From Harriotta raleighana (lineage: Eukaryota): a stretch of 64,000 nucleotides of DNA. The DNA lies in NCBI GenBank assembly GCA_050575255.1, contig JBNZDD010013731.1, positions 11,965,956-12,029,955 on the forward strand, given 5' to 3'. Both the position numbers and the translations under genes were made by a program. Below are positions 1 to 12,100 of the stretch, one piece after another; position 1 is the stretch's first letter; the number at the start of each line of letters is the position of its first letter. Below the pieces are notes generated by a model. It did not search any database, was not told where the DNA came from, and saw only the letters and a list, made by a program, of their open reading frames with translations.

Positions 1-775
1 TTACTAGTTGTATTTAGTTAGGTTGAATATAAAGTGCAAACAAATTCTCTTCTGCTCCCCAAAAAGTATACTTCAAAGTTATAATTTCAATCTTGAGCAA
101 AAAACAATTTACATACCATCTTCTACCTCGGGCCGATGTCCCAAGGCACTTTAAAATGTTTTAATGAATTTAGTTAAAAAGCAGATAAACTAAAATAATA
201 TTGTTGAGTATTTTAGAATCCACTTTACCTATTCTGTAACAATTTAAATTGTGAGATGTTACCTGTAACACTTCCCTGAACTGGTTTAGAATTACAGCTG
301 GATGTTTTCCGTGAAAATAGTAGAATCTGGTTGTTGATATGATTGACTTCAAAAGTCAATAGGGATGTTGTGCTGCCTTTCAAATCAGTTAATTTGTCTC
401 AGTTGATGGAGTTTGCAATTTTTGGCAGCTGCAGACCCAGCTGGAGCACTACACAGAATCCATCCTGAGTGTCAGGTGACGACTCCTTATCAGGCATCCA
501 GCAGGTGGCATAAATGGTAGTAGCCACTGAGATGTATGTCAGTGAACCAGTTCAACTAGTCCAACGGCTAAGAAAGGATGTGTGGCTGCTTTCAGCCTTC
601 AAGAGAGTAAGGAGACTGACCCAACTTTTTCTTAATCATTTATTCTTTGAGGCAAGATTTAAAAGAGAAAAAATCATTTTGTGAATGTTGAATTCCTTTC
701 TTATTATTGTAGGATCTCAATGTTAGATGTTGGAAGTCAGATTTGTCGTTGATCTCCAGTTTCATGACTGGCTGT

Positions 776-852
776 CTTTTTTTTCCTTCTTTCTTCCCTC
801 CTTCCTTCCTTTCTTCCTTCCTTCCTCCCTCCTTCCCTCCTTTTCCTTCCAC
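776..852. repeat. Pyrimidine-rich (CCTT/CTTC)n microsatellite
   Basis: Seen directly; explains the spurious K/E/G-rich ORF 640-852. Confidence 0.9.
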
Positions 853-873
853 CTAAACACAAGTTGGTGACAA

Positions 874-1157
874 ATAATAATAATCCTTGCATTTGATATA
901 GTGCTTTTCATGTCTTCTGGACGTTTCAAAGTGCTTCACAGAATATACTGTAGAGTGAATTGACTGTGCAGTATATTTATGGGTGAAACTTGACAGCCAT
1001 TTGCACACAGCAGTGTCCCACAAACAGTCCTGGATTGAATAGACCAATTTTTTTTTTTTTTGAGGGATTATTATCAGGTGTGTGGAGTAAGGAAACTTGT
1101 TCAAGGTTTAACCACTCTTAACCACTCAGTGCTCTAACCACTGAGCTACAGGACTCC
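874..1157 (-). mobile_element. tRNA-derived SINE (family A), with an internal head deletion filled by short TAACCACTC repeats
   Basis: Reverse complement of GGAGTCCTGTAGCTCAGTGGTTAGAGCACT (A box)...ATCAAATGCAAGGATTATTATT; many copies in the window. Confidence 0.9.
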
Positions 1158-1556
1158 AGCAAAGATCTGTACTTGTTTGCTGTATTTGTTATCCGTTGGT
1201 GGCATATAATCTTGATTTATCCATAACTTTGCATAGGTCGTATACGATACGACTTATGCAAGTTTGCTTGTAACTCATACTTTGTATAAATCATATTAAA
1301 TGTTATAGACCCACCTGATACGACTTATGAGAGTTTGTCTTTTATTCAACAGAGTTTACTTGATAAGAGGAACTGCAAATTAGTTCCCTTGTCAATTGTC
1401 TAAAGTCACTCAGATCACATTCAATTGCCCATATTAACCACAGGCTGAAACCAGCTGGCTTATAGTATATTATATATAATAATAATTATCAGACAAAGCA
1501 TCAAAGCCATGATTTTTTTAGTCTCTGTGTCTCAGTAATATAGTGCTATTTATTTA

Positions 1557-4500
1557 ACTACTGAAGCTATTCACTAAGCGAGTCAGGAACTGAGATGGAT
1601 TATTCGATCCTCAACTGTATTTTCTTCCCCACATCCATGCCATGACCTGCTCTGCCTTCCCTTGCCTCAGCAAAATTGCCCGACTCTGACACTATTTCAC
1701 CCCTTAGGCCACTGAAACTTTCATTCATGCCTCAACTATGCCAATGCCCTGCTTGTTGGCTTCCCTAATTCCTCCATAGGCGGCAGATCATCCAGAATTC
1801 TGCAGCCGTGTTTGACCATCAGTCACCCCCTTCACTCCACCCTCCCCAATCCCAGCTCGGTTCCAAAACACTCGACTGTCCAGCACCTTGGGATAATGAC
1901 CGATGTCATTCTCATTCAAGCCGTGAAAGGTGCTATACAAATAATTTTATTGTTCTGGTTGAAACACGAGGAGTAAAGCCCAGAACACGCTGTTTTTAAC
2001 CCCTCCTTAATTTTAAGGATAATTTCCTCCCTGGCAACATGCCTCTAGTTCAATCCCAATGCTTACCTTTGTTTCCAGTTTTTTTGTGTGCCTCCATATA
2101 AGAGGTATGCCTCCTTGGGGTATTGTCCCCCCATTCGTGAGATGAGACTTGGGAAATTCATTGTTTGTGGTATTGCTGGTAGCCAATGTCCTATATATTT
2201 GCACTGCATTGATTGGTAAACACTGAGCTGTCTTGGGAAGTCCAGGTATTAGTCGGGAGGGTAGGATTAATGTTATGTACAAGGTTTGCTGCGTGCAACA
2301 GTACATCACACCTGTAATGCCATGAGTGTTCAGTAGTGACTGGTTTACTCCCAATTTCCTTGTTCAACATCAATCACTATGGCGACACACACTTAAGATG
2401 TCTTCTGTAGAATTGCCAATGTTACTTGCTCTTTCTATAGTTTTTTTCAGTTTGTCATCCACATCAAGGCTAGTCAGATGGAAGTAGAATTGTAGAAATA
2501 TTTTCTGCACCCTAAAATTAAGTTTTGTTTTACTTTTTCTCCATCTCTGTGCATCCAATAACTCATTGTATGAAGAAGTCTGAGACAGGAATACATAAAT
2601 AGCCCCCAGCGGAGTGCATATTAATGTAACGCTTACTTTGAATCATAGTTTCAAATGGAACTACTCGACTTAAATAAATAAACATGATTTAAGCGTGTGT
2701 TTTTTGGATCAATCTGTTTATATTGTTCAGAAAAAGGTGTTGAACTCGCACAGAGAGATTGGGGTTAAATTTGCCATTAAATTCTCTTAGAATTCTCATT
2801 GACTCTGGGAATTCTGCAATAGAAACAGATCTGAGGTGGAATTCCTACAATCTGGTGTGACTTGCTTCCTATCACCAGAAAGAGTCACTGTTTGGAACTC
2901 CAGCCCACAATCCCTTCACCTTGCTACGTCCCTTGTCTCCTTCAACTAACTCGAGACTTTTCTTTTCGACCATGGCTTCAGTTGCCCCTCCCTGCATCCC
3001 CTACTCTCTGCCCTTCCCCCTCCCCCCAATCCAAACCCTGAACCCCCCTCCACTCCCCATCACCNACTACTGAAGCTATTCACTAAGCGAGTCAGGAACT
3101 GAGATGGATTATTCGATCCTCAACTGTATTTTCTTCCCCACATCCATGCCATGACCTGCTCTGCCTTCCCTTGCCTCAGCAAAATTGCCCGACTCTGACA
3201 CTATTTCACCCCTTAGGCCACTGAAACTTTCATTCATGCCTCAACTATGCCAATGCCCTGCTTGTTGGCTTCCCTAATTCCTCCATAGGCGGCAGATCAT
3301 CCAGAATTCTGCAGCCGTGTTTGACCATCAGTCACCCCCTTCACTCCACCCTCCCCAATCCCAGCTCGGTTCCAAAACACTCGACTGTCCAGCACCTTGG
3401 GATAATGACCGATGTCATTCTCATTCAAGCCGTGAAAGGTGCTATACAAATAATTTTATTGTTCTGGTTGAAACACGAGGAGTAAAGCCCAGAACACGCT
3501 GTTTTTAACCCCTCCTTAATTTTAAGGATAATTTCCTCCCTGGCAACATGCCTCTAGTTCAATCCCAATGCTTACCTTTGTTTCCAGTTTTTTTGTGTGC
3601 CTCCATATAAGGGGTATGCCTCCTTGGGGTATTGTCCCCCCATTCGTGAGATGAGACTTGGGAAATTCATTGTTTGTGGTATTGCTGGTAGCCAATGTCC
3701 TATATATTTGCACTGCATTGATTGGTAAACACTGAGCTGTCTTGGGAAGTCCAGGTATTAGTCGGGAGGGTAGGATTAATGTTATGTACAAGGTTTGCTG
3801 CGTGCAACAGTACATCACACCTGTAATGCCATGAGTGTTCAGTAGTGACTGGTTTACTCCCAATTTCCTTGTTCAACATCAATCACTATGGCGACACACA
3901 CTTAAGATGTCTTCTGTAGAATTGCCAATGTTACTTGCTCTTTCTATAGTTTTTTTCAGTTTGTCATCCACACCAAGGCTAGTCAGATGGAAGTAGAATT
4001 GTAGAAATATTTTCTGCACCCTAAAATTAAGTTTTGTTTTACTTTTTCTCCATCTCTGTGCATCCAATAACTCATTGTATGAAGAAGTCTGAGACAGGAA
4101 TACATAAATAGCCCCCAGCGGAGTGCATATTAATGTAACGCTTACTTTGAATCATAGTTTCAAATGGAACTACTCGACTTAAATAAATAAACATGATTTA
4201 AGCGTGTGTTTTTTGGATCAATCTGTTTATATTGTTCAGAAAAAGGTGTTGAACTCGCACATAGAGATTGGGGTTAAATTTGCCATTAAATTCTCTTAGA
4301 ATTCTCATTGACTCTGGGAATTCTGCAATAGAAACAGATCTGAGGTGGAATTCCTACAATCTGGTGTGACTTGCTTCCTATCACCAGAAAGAGTCACTGT
4401 TTGGAACTCCAGCCCACAATCCCTTCACCTTGCTACGTCCCTTGTCTCCTTCAACTAACTCGAGACTTTTCTTTTCGACCATGGCTTCAGTTGCCCCTCC

Positions 4501-4573
4501 CTGCATCCCCTACTCTCTGCCCTTCCCCCTCCCCCCAATCCAAACCCTGAACCCCCCTCCACTCCCCATCACC
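1557..4573. repeat. Near-identical 1508-bp direct duplication (1557-3064 / 3066-4573) separated by one N
   Basis: Offset of 1509 throughout (duplicate ORFs 1808/3317, 2013/3522); I saw 3 substitutions. Confidence 0.95.
1580..1955 (+). mobile_element. Degenerate L2/CR1-clade LINE 3' fragment (duplicated at about 3089-3464)
   Basis: Similar to the copy at 58375-59068; ends GTGAAAGGTGCTATACAAAT..ATTTT.TTGTT. Confidence 0.75.
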
Positions 4574-4664
4574 ATGCTCGGGTTCTGACTCCTGACTGTT
4601 CAGCACCTTAGGACTTCCCCCCCGACGTGAAAGGTGCTCTACAAATGTAATTTTGTTATTGTTG
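4370..4664 (+). mobile_element. L2-like LINE 3' end
   Basis: TGGAACTC..CCACAATCCCTTC...GTGAAAGGTGCTCTACAAATGTAATTTTGTTATTGTTG tail shared with other copies. Confidence 0.75.
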
Positions 4665-4929
4665 TGCTTTTTGTTTACACGTCCAGTTCCTTATTCATAA
4701 GTAGGAAAGTTACAAATTAGGCCTCCCCCTTTAATAAACAAATGAATGTTTCCCTCCCCACCCCCCCATATTTATTGTCATCATGTTTTGCACCATTTCT
4801 GTGAGCAGGGTGGCAAGTTTAAGGTTTCTTCAATGAAAAGCAAAACAGCAGTTTTTTCCCAACATTATAATCTGTTGGTTTGCTGAAGTCTTCTTTTTCC
4901 CCTTCTTTGCCAACGTTTGCATCCACCAG

Positions 4930-4965
4930 GCAATTGGAGTTATTTCGGATGGGGAGAGCAACAAA
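4930..4965 (+). CDS. unc13b: unc13b 36-nt cassette microexon, (C)NWSYFGWGEQQ(T), phase 1-1
   Basis: Pyrimidine tract with TGC motifs, then CCACCAG|GC AAT TGG AGT TAT TTC GGA TGG GGA GAG CAA CAA A|GTATGT. Resembles the CNWNYFGWGEQ segment preceding DDPDSAVDD in Munc13-1 as I recall it; phase fits the next exon. Confidence 0.85.
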
Positions 4966-5629
4966 GTATGTAATGATTTATTCTTCACAAGTACCTTGGC
5001 TCCTACATTAGCATGCTCCGACAGGAGACACCTGACGTATTCATGCATATAGGGGATACCTACATCCCTCATATTGTATGATACCTTAGCAGTATTTTTT
5101 CCCCTTTGTTGTCTGTGTCTGCACAGCTTTTTCTTTCTTTGTCCGTGTCTTGTTTTGGGATGTGCAACCATTTGCATTTATTCTGTAGAATTCGTATTCT
5201 ATTTATTATGTTCTGCATTATGAAAACTAAACCAGAAAGTGACCACTGTATGCATGAATATTGAGATATCTATCAAACGAGCATGCATGTTCCCTCTCCT
5301 AAATACAAACCTGCTTTAATATCTGCACATCATTGGATAGAAAGAGAAGCAACCTATCCAATTTGTTTCTATTTAAAGTGTTAATGTAAGAGAAAATTTA
5401 TAAGTTTGTTCTTTCTTCTGGTGTGCAGAAAAACTGAATAACACTAGAATTCACAGAAAGTTTTTAACACTGCAAAAATTGACCTGGCTAAATATGGTAC
5501 ATTTATGTTGACAATTTAATTCTGATTAGCTACTTGAGTAATTAATTTGCAAATTAAGATGCCAAGTTCTGCTTCATAAGTTATGTACATAGATTGTAGA
5601 TGTGAACTATTTCTATTTTTTCTTTTTAG

Positions 5630-5846
5630 CACTTGAAGATCCAGACAGTGCTGTTGATGATAGGGATAGTGATTATCGTAGTGAGACAAGCAACAGTATT
5701 CCACCTCCCTACCACACCACCTCTCAGCCAAATGCATCCGTTCACCAGTTCCCAGTTCAATCACGTTTGCCACTCCAAGGTGGCTCAAGGGACCCCTACA
5801 CCGACCTAAACTATGACCTTGCTTACTGCGATCGGAAAGAAATGAG
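5630..5846 (+). CDS. unc13b: unc13b exon [42 protein letters not shown]...DRKEM(R), linker after C2A, phase 1-2
   Basis: TTTTTAG| acceptor and AG|GTAGGT donor. Peptide closely matches ubMunc13-2 [39 protein letters not shown]. Confidence 0.96.
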
Positions 5847-6813
5847 GTAGGTTATCCATTTTAGAAAGGTTGAAAATAGTTTTGTTTCTGAAACTCACAA
5901 AAAATTTGAAATCATTATATTATGCAAACAGTCTGGTCAGTATCTTTGCAAAAACAAAGGATTGTTTTAAAGTTGAAAAAATTGACTTGGATAATTATGC
6001 TACAATAAGTTTAGTAACTTTCTAAGCTGCTGTATTTTGATGTTTAACTTATTCTATCCGTGATAATGTCTTTCATTCTGGACCATCAAGGCAATTGATG
6101 GCAGTCTTTGTAGGTTTTCTCAACATCCCAGTTCTATTTAGTTGTATGATTTATTAGACACTTCTTTCCTTTCTGTTGATTTCCTGTCCTAGTTGTTCTC
6201 TTGTTGCTTAAGTGGCCAATTTACATTTAAGTGCTTTAACTCAAGATAGAAGATAGGAGATCAAGGAAGCAGAATTTTTTAAACAACGGTTAAGGACTTG
6301 AGTGCCCGTCTAATCTTCCTCATTTTCCTCTCCAATAGATGGTGAAGTTTATTTGCTTGTCCATGTGGAAGGGATCCACTTCGTTAAAAATGTGCATGTC
6401 TTCAAATGTCGATTTGACTATCTCCAATATTACAGTTCAAATTTTAATCAAACTATGTAAATTACTTTTTGAAGCATTGCAATCCAACAGATGCTTGATG
6501 GTGCAATGTAAAATGACTTTGCATACAACTTGGCAAAGGGATTTTCGCATCATGGGGCAGCACAACACTTATCACCTGCGATCAATTATTATGTAATGAA
6601 ACTGCACAAAATGAGGAAATATTTTGAGAAAGAATTCTTGGAAAAGGACTTTTGTGGTGTGAAGTTCTTTCCTGCAGGGAATCCTGTCTATATTGAGCCA
6701 ACTCACAATATCTCTACTGATCTGCGATCTTGTCAGAGCCAGATTCTCAGGAATCTGATTTACATGAGTAAACGTGGCAATTAATTGCTCACAACACTGT
6801 CCCATAACAGTCA

Positions 6814-6964
6814 TGAATTGAAATGACCAATTCTGTTTTTTTTTGAGGGATTATTCTCAGGCATATGGAGTAAGGAAACTTGCCCAAGGTTTTGCCCTGC
6901 TGGGAATGGAACCCAGGTCTCTCGCTTGTGAAGCGAGTATTCTAACCACTGAGCTACAGGACTG
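6814..6964 (-). mobile_element. SINE family A, 5' (tRNA-like) half
   Basis: ...GGAAACTTGCCCAAGG...GAACCCAGGTCTCTCGCTTG...CTAACCACTGAGCTACAGGACT. Confidence 0.85.
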
Positions 6965-7405
6965 GTAATGCAGTACTATTGATTCAAGCAGCTTTCCAGA
7001 ATCAAGTTCGGGCATTCTATTTTTTTGTGTGTGCATGCCATTGATGGCCTCCCATCACCCAGAGGAATCAATGCAAGATCCTGGTCCTCATTGTGCTTTA
7101 ATTGTTCGAAACTGTGCATCTATTGTTTTGATTCCTATGACTTTACTCCAAATACCTGGTAGAGATGAAGAAGATTATTTTTCCATCAAACAAAAGCTTA
7201 AAAACAGCAAAAATAAATGCTTGTATTAATTTATAGATTATTGAAGGAAATGTCATAACTAAACTGCCACATTGACGGTATTGTTATCTTGTACAACTGT
7301 TATTAAGATCAAGGCTGAATTCTTTATTATTGGCATGGTAAACATTGCAAGTATACCAGTATTTAAAGACTATTGTCAAATTGCCTTTGTTATTAAATTG
7401 AAATA

Positions 7406-8145
7406 GAGTAAAACCTTGATAATCCGACTTTCCGAAAACCGGCCACTCCCTAAAACCGGCAGGATTTCAAAATACAGTAAAAGCTTGGCTCTCTGGCAGT
7501 CTCGGGACCTGACCAGTGCCATTTAATCAAATACCCCGGATAGTCAAGCCGCAAGTTGCCGAAAATCCTATGCGAAGAATTGACTTATTTTGAAACATAC
7601 CATATTAATAATAGACTAAATAATAACAGAATATTGTATGGATACTTACCAATAAAGGATTCCAGCACACTTGGTGAAATGATCTGTAAAACAAAAATTC
7701 CAGTGGTCAGTAAATTTAATAAGTGCACATGTGCACACGTTGCACGCATATGCAATGTGAGCGTACTCGCGAGTATCCTGGATGACTCTGGTATGAGATC
7801 GTTTGCTGGAATGGTGAATTGTATTGGGAGATACTGGTTGGTTGAGTGTTTTGGTAGGTTGGGTGCCAGATAAACAAGCTTTTACTGTACAACACAGCAT
7901 AATTTTTTTTTCTGATGTCCGGCAAATCCCACAAATTTTAGACCAGCTGCTAGCAGTTCCCAGTGTTGCCACTCTATCACCCGGCGCTGTGGTTGTTGCT
8001 ATGGCATAGTTTGCCTTCAGTGCTCACTTAGTGTTTTTGGCAGGGCTTTCCCAGCCATTTCTAGAGTAGATTCTAAATGATCGGCAAACTTCGAAATCCG
8101 GGAGGTGAGTCTGCCCAATCGTGCCAAATTCTAAAGGTTTTACTG
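7406..8145. mobile_element. Tc1/mariner (pogo/Tigger-like) MITE, outer element
   Basis: TA|GAGTAAAACCTT ... AAGGTTTTACTG|CA terminal inverted repeats. Confidence 0.7.
7475..7887. mobile_element. MITE nested in the previous MITE
   Basis: Perfect 13-bp TIR CAGTAAAAGCTTG / CAAGCTTTTACTG flanked by TA on both sides. Confidence 0.85.
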
Positions 8146-8638
8146 CATTTCACTTTATGCTGTCCAATCTCAAAAGTTTCCCATTTCATTGCAGTTACAG
8201 TATGATAAAAAAGGTCATTGGCATTTTGAGCCTATGCTGGTTATTTTGTTGAACGATTTTAGCCAAAGTATGAATGGCTATGTGTTTCTAGTTATTCATT
8301 ATTCCACACTTATCCAAAGAAAACTCAATTTGTAAATGTTTCATGCCTTTGCGGTATTTCATTTTCCAGGTAAAATGTATTAATTTTATTAATTATCAGA
8401 GAAAAGATTTATATAATAAAGCACATTTCTTCTACCTAAGGAAATACAAAGAAATCATTAGTTAGATTTATATATTCTGGAGGGTAGCACCTTGACAATT
8501 CATTTGAGTAGCAAGATCAGTATAGATTTGTTTAATTTACATGCAGTTAGCAATAACAGTAGTAAGCTGTAAAATGAAGTGAACAATCAATAATCATGTG
8601 TCCTCCTGTTTCCCACTGTCATCCATTTTCCCTACCAG

Positions 8639-8764
8639 ACGATATGATAGCGTAGATTCTGCTGCAAATGGTCGTAGTGATCTAGAGTCTCCATCTGAGT
8701 CTAGTCAGCTAACCAGCCGCCAGTTCTCCCTCGAAAGTAGGCAGTCTCTAGATCTGTCCGATAG
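8639..8764 (+). CDS. unc13b: unc13b 126-nt symmetric cassette exon RYDSVDSAANGRSDLESPSESSQLTSRQFSLESRQSLDLSD, phase 2-2
   Basis: TTTTCCCTACCAG| acceptor, AG|GTGGGT donor, open in the frame required by the upstream exon, length a multiple of 3. Confidence 0.8.
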
Positions 8765-9110
8765 GTGGGTTCTGCTCTCTTTACAGCCTTGATGTTACCG
8801 TGTTCTGTAGTGCTGTGAAGAACGCCATTGGCAGCTGTTTGCATGCCTTTAATGTTTTCATATATGTTACATCTATGTTTAGGATACGACTACTTTTAAA
8901 TCAAAAGAACCAAATCAATTATAGTGTACTCATCAGCACAGGCAAATTGATATTATCTGATATTAGTGTTTTTAAGTCTTGTTTTAGTTTTGTTTTCTCA
9001 GTTATCTATTGATTTGAGATATTCAATATGATTCTTTTTTGTTTATCCTACCCTTTTCCAAATCCTTTTGTTCTCTACACTTTTGCACAAACTTTTTGAT
9101 CCTTACCAAG

Positions 9111-12100
9111 CCAAAAAGTATTAGCATTTAAAGAGAGAGTTAGAATTATACCTGTTGATTCTGGAGTGGGAGAGGAAGAGTGGGATCATAAGTATGACAA
9201 GTTAGGGAAACTGCTCATTGAGAACTTTTTAGTCGAAAGCCAAAGAAGTTGGCAAGAAGAAACTGCAAAGAAGAGCTATGCGATCAGAAAAAGTCAGCAA
9301 TGCAGGGAGCGTGCAGAAAGAGCATCGCGACACTCATTGAGATGTGATCAGTCCTTAACTGGGGAATCGCATGTTCCCAGACACTCTAGTTATCCGGAAG
9401 AATACAATACAATCGATAGGAGGAGGAAAAAGAAATGCAGATACAATAGTTTGGAGGATGGCAAATTGAAAATGCAATATTACCGTTCAAGTAGTCTTGA
9501 TTCAGAGGAAGGCATCCTTAGTGGCCTTCCTGAAATCAAATCTGAAAGTCAGAAATTGAATCAAAGTGACCCTGTACTACACAGGCATAACATCTCCGGA
9601 GTAGATGAGCAATATAACCAGCAACTAAATGCATATAAACATGGATCTATGTTGAAAAATAATGAGTGGAGAGATAATCAGTTGCTTCATAATGAATCTG
9701 ATGATATGATAGATATAGATGAATGCCTAGAAGAAATGTACAATGAGCAGATACTGAAGAAAAGAATGCTAGGGGAAATCTGTGGTGACTATGATGATGA
9801 GCAAGAAGATATATTAATGGGAAAGTCCTGGCGTGAAAGTGCAGATCCTTGCATTAAATATAGGGAACATGATCTTCGTGGAATGCATGGCCCTCAGAAA
9901 AAGTACCAGCTCAGCTATGATCATCATCTTGATGAAGAATCTGAACTCAGAGGAATGTTGCATTCCTCTCAAGGTGATGAAATGAATGAGGAGTATGTTG
10001 ATACAATGGATGAACTTCAATGTTTGGTGGAGTCTGTGTCTGAATACTTGGCTGAGAAAGAAGAAGAAATGAGCAAGTTTGGTTCACTTCCAAAGAGACA
10101 CAACAGGACTTTCCGAAAGTCTCAAGGAGAGATTGAGACCCTGCAGCATTACAACGTTGATGGCAGCGGTGAATGTTTTAAACCAAAAAGACAAGAAGGA
10201 TGCAGGAGACCGAAAGGTTTTGCTATAAATATTGATTGTGATGATAGTGATCAAAAACTAGACCCTATTCCAGACTTAACTGGAGTGAAGAATACCATGC
10301 AGTCTTTATTCAATTCAATAGGTGAAAAAGTAGGAGGAAATAAAAAACAGCCTTCAACCTCTGTGGAAAAAGGGGTTCCCACTTCCCTTGAAAATGAAGA
10401 TGAAAAGAGTAGGGGAGTCCTTGGTCTTGTAAAATTATCTTCTCCAAAGTCAATGCCCAGGAGTTTCACACCACCTTCATCCATGGAAGATAAAACAGAA
10501 ATAACTTTTTCTTCACAGTCTACTGGAACATTACAAGCCGACACCAGCAAGTCAGTTACATCTATTAATTCCGAGAACTCAGAGCAAAAGAAAGCTGGCA
10601 TTAATACCACTTTTACTTATCTTATGCAGGAGGCTCTGCATAATGACTATGACATTGTGAAGAACCAGTTATCATCTTCATCACAGAATACAATCATTGA
10701 TTCAGTCCTGGAGAAATTGAATCCCTTAACATTTTTCACAGAGAAAGATTCTGCTCCGGATTCTTCCAAACCTGCTGTGCAGAACAAAGAACACAAAATT
10801 TCTGAATTTCAGGCCAGCATTTCTGCTAACCTTGATACCCATGGGCATACTTTGAATTCATCTGGTGAAGAAAGAAAAGTTTCACCAAGATTAGAAAAAA
10901 AGCTTGATTCTAATGTTGCTTTGCAAGATGATTGTGATGACACTTTGTTGCAACAGGATAGCAATTTAAGTAGCAAAGAGCAAAAAGGAACTATTTTAGA
11001 CAAACAGTCAGGATATGCAATTGGATTGGACAGCAAATCAGAACCTGTTCAATTTTCACACACTTCAGCACAGGAAAGTAACAATGAGCACGTTGCTAAA
11101 ACCCTGCTGCCTCATCATGTTGGAAGTGTTGAGTTAGCACAAGATGTGAAAGCTTCTGATAAAATGGAATCATCTTTCCAATCAAAGCCTGACAGTGCTG
11201 ACAACTCTGGAATAAATTTTGGATTTTTCAACCCTCTGAAAAAGTCATTCAGCCAAATTATCCATTCTTCATCAGAAGAAGGTGCCTTCAGATTTCCTTA
11301 TTACAAATCTACCGAGGACCTTCGAGATGGGAAAGAAAGAATGAAAGATGATCAAACATTCTCTCTGGTTGGAAAGTTAAAACTTCCCTTCTTTTCATCT
11401 GAAAACATTGCTTCCGAAAAACCAAAAGAAGCAAAATCTGAGGGTGGCCTGTTTTCAGAAATGTTCAAATTTCCTACAGGTGAAAGAACATCTGCAACCA
11501 AAGAAGTGAATGCCAAACAGTCAGACAAAGTAAGAACATCTGGTGAACAACAAAAGGAGGGTAAGCAGACTAGCTTGTTTGGTGTTTTAAGGTTTTCATC
11601 AAGTCCAGAACATGGTACTGAAAAGGAGGGTATCATTGATAAACACGGTACCACTGAAAAAGACAAACAAAATAGTAGCCAGCAAGGTTTTTTCTCGAGC
11701 CTGCTTAAATTTACTTCCAGTGGAAGCCTGTCCACATCTAAAGAAGAATTGAGTGACAAAGAAGATTTAGGTAAAATGGTGAATGCATCAGCATTCCAAA
11801 AAGATCAAAACAAACCAGTACTATTTGTAGATGCAACAAAATCTCCCTCTAGTCAAGGTGTTGTAGAACCAAAACATGTATCGGTAAATGCAAATACAAA
11901 GGCCAGCAGTGTTCCCGAGACACAACAAACCATTCATGGAAACCAAGGATTCCATAAAGGCCTTTTTAAGTTATCTTCAACTGAAGATATATCCTCATTA
12001 AAACAAGAGGTAAGCAACCAAAAGTATCCAGATACAATAGGGAGAGCAGTGCAAGAATGTGATAGAAATAAAAGTTCAACTTTGTCAAATATTTCACTAA

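Noticed and set aside
400-480. Possible exon ending GTCAG|GTGACG
   Set aside because: No similarity to the expected upstream Munc13 peptide and no convincing acceptor.
2013-2558. Minus-strand ORFs (113, 60, 62 aa; duplicated at 3522-4067) as a gene or transposase remnant
   Set aside because: Short, fragmented, no motif I can recognise; the repetition is explained by the probable assembly duplication.
1557-4573. LTR pair or biological tandem duplication
   Set aside because: No internal region, no TG...CA ends, and the junction is an N.
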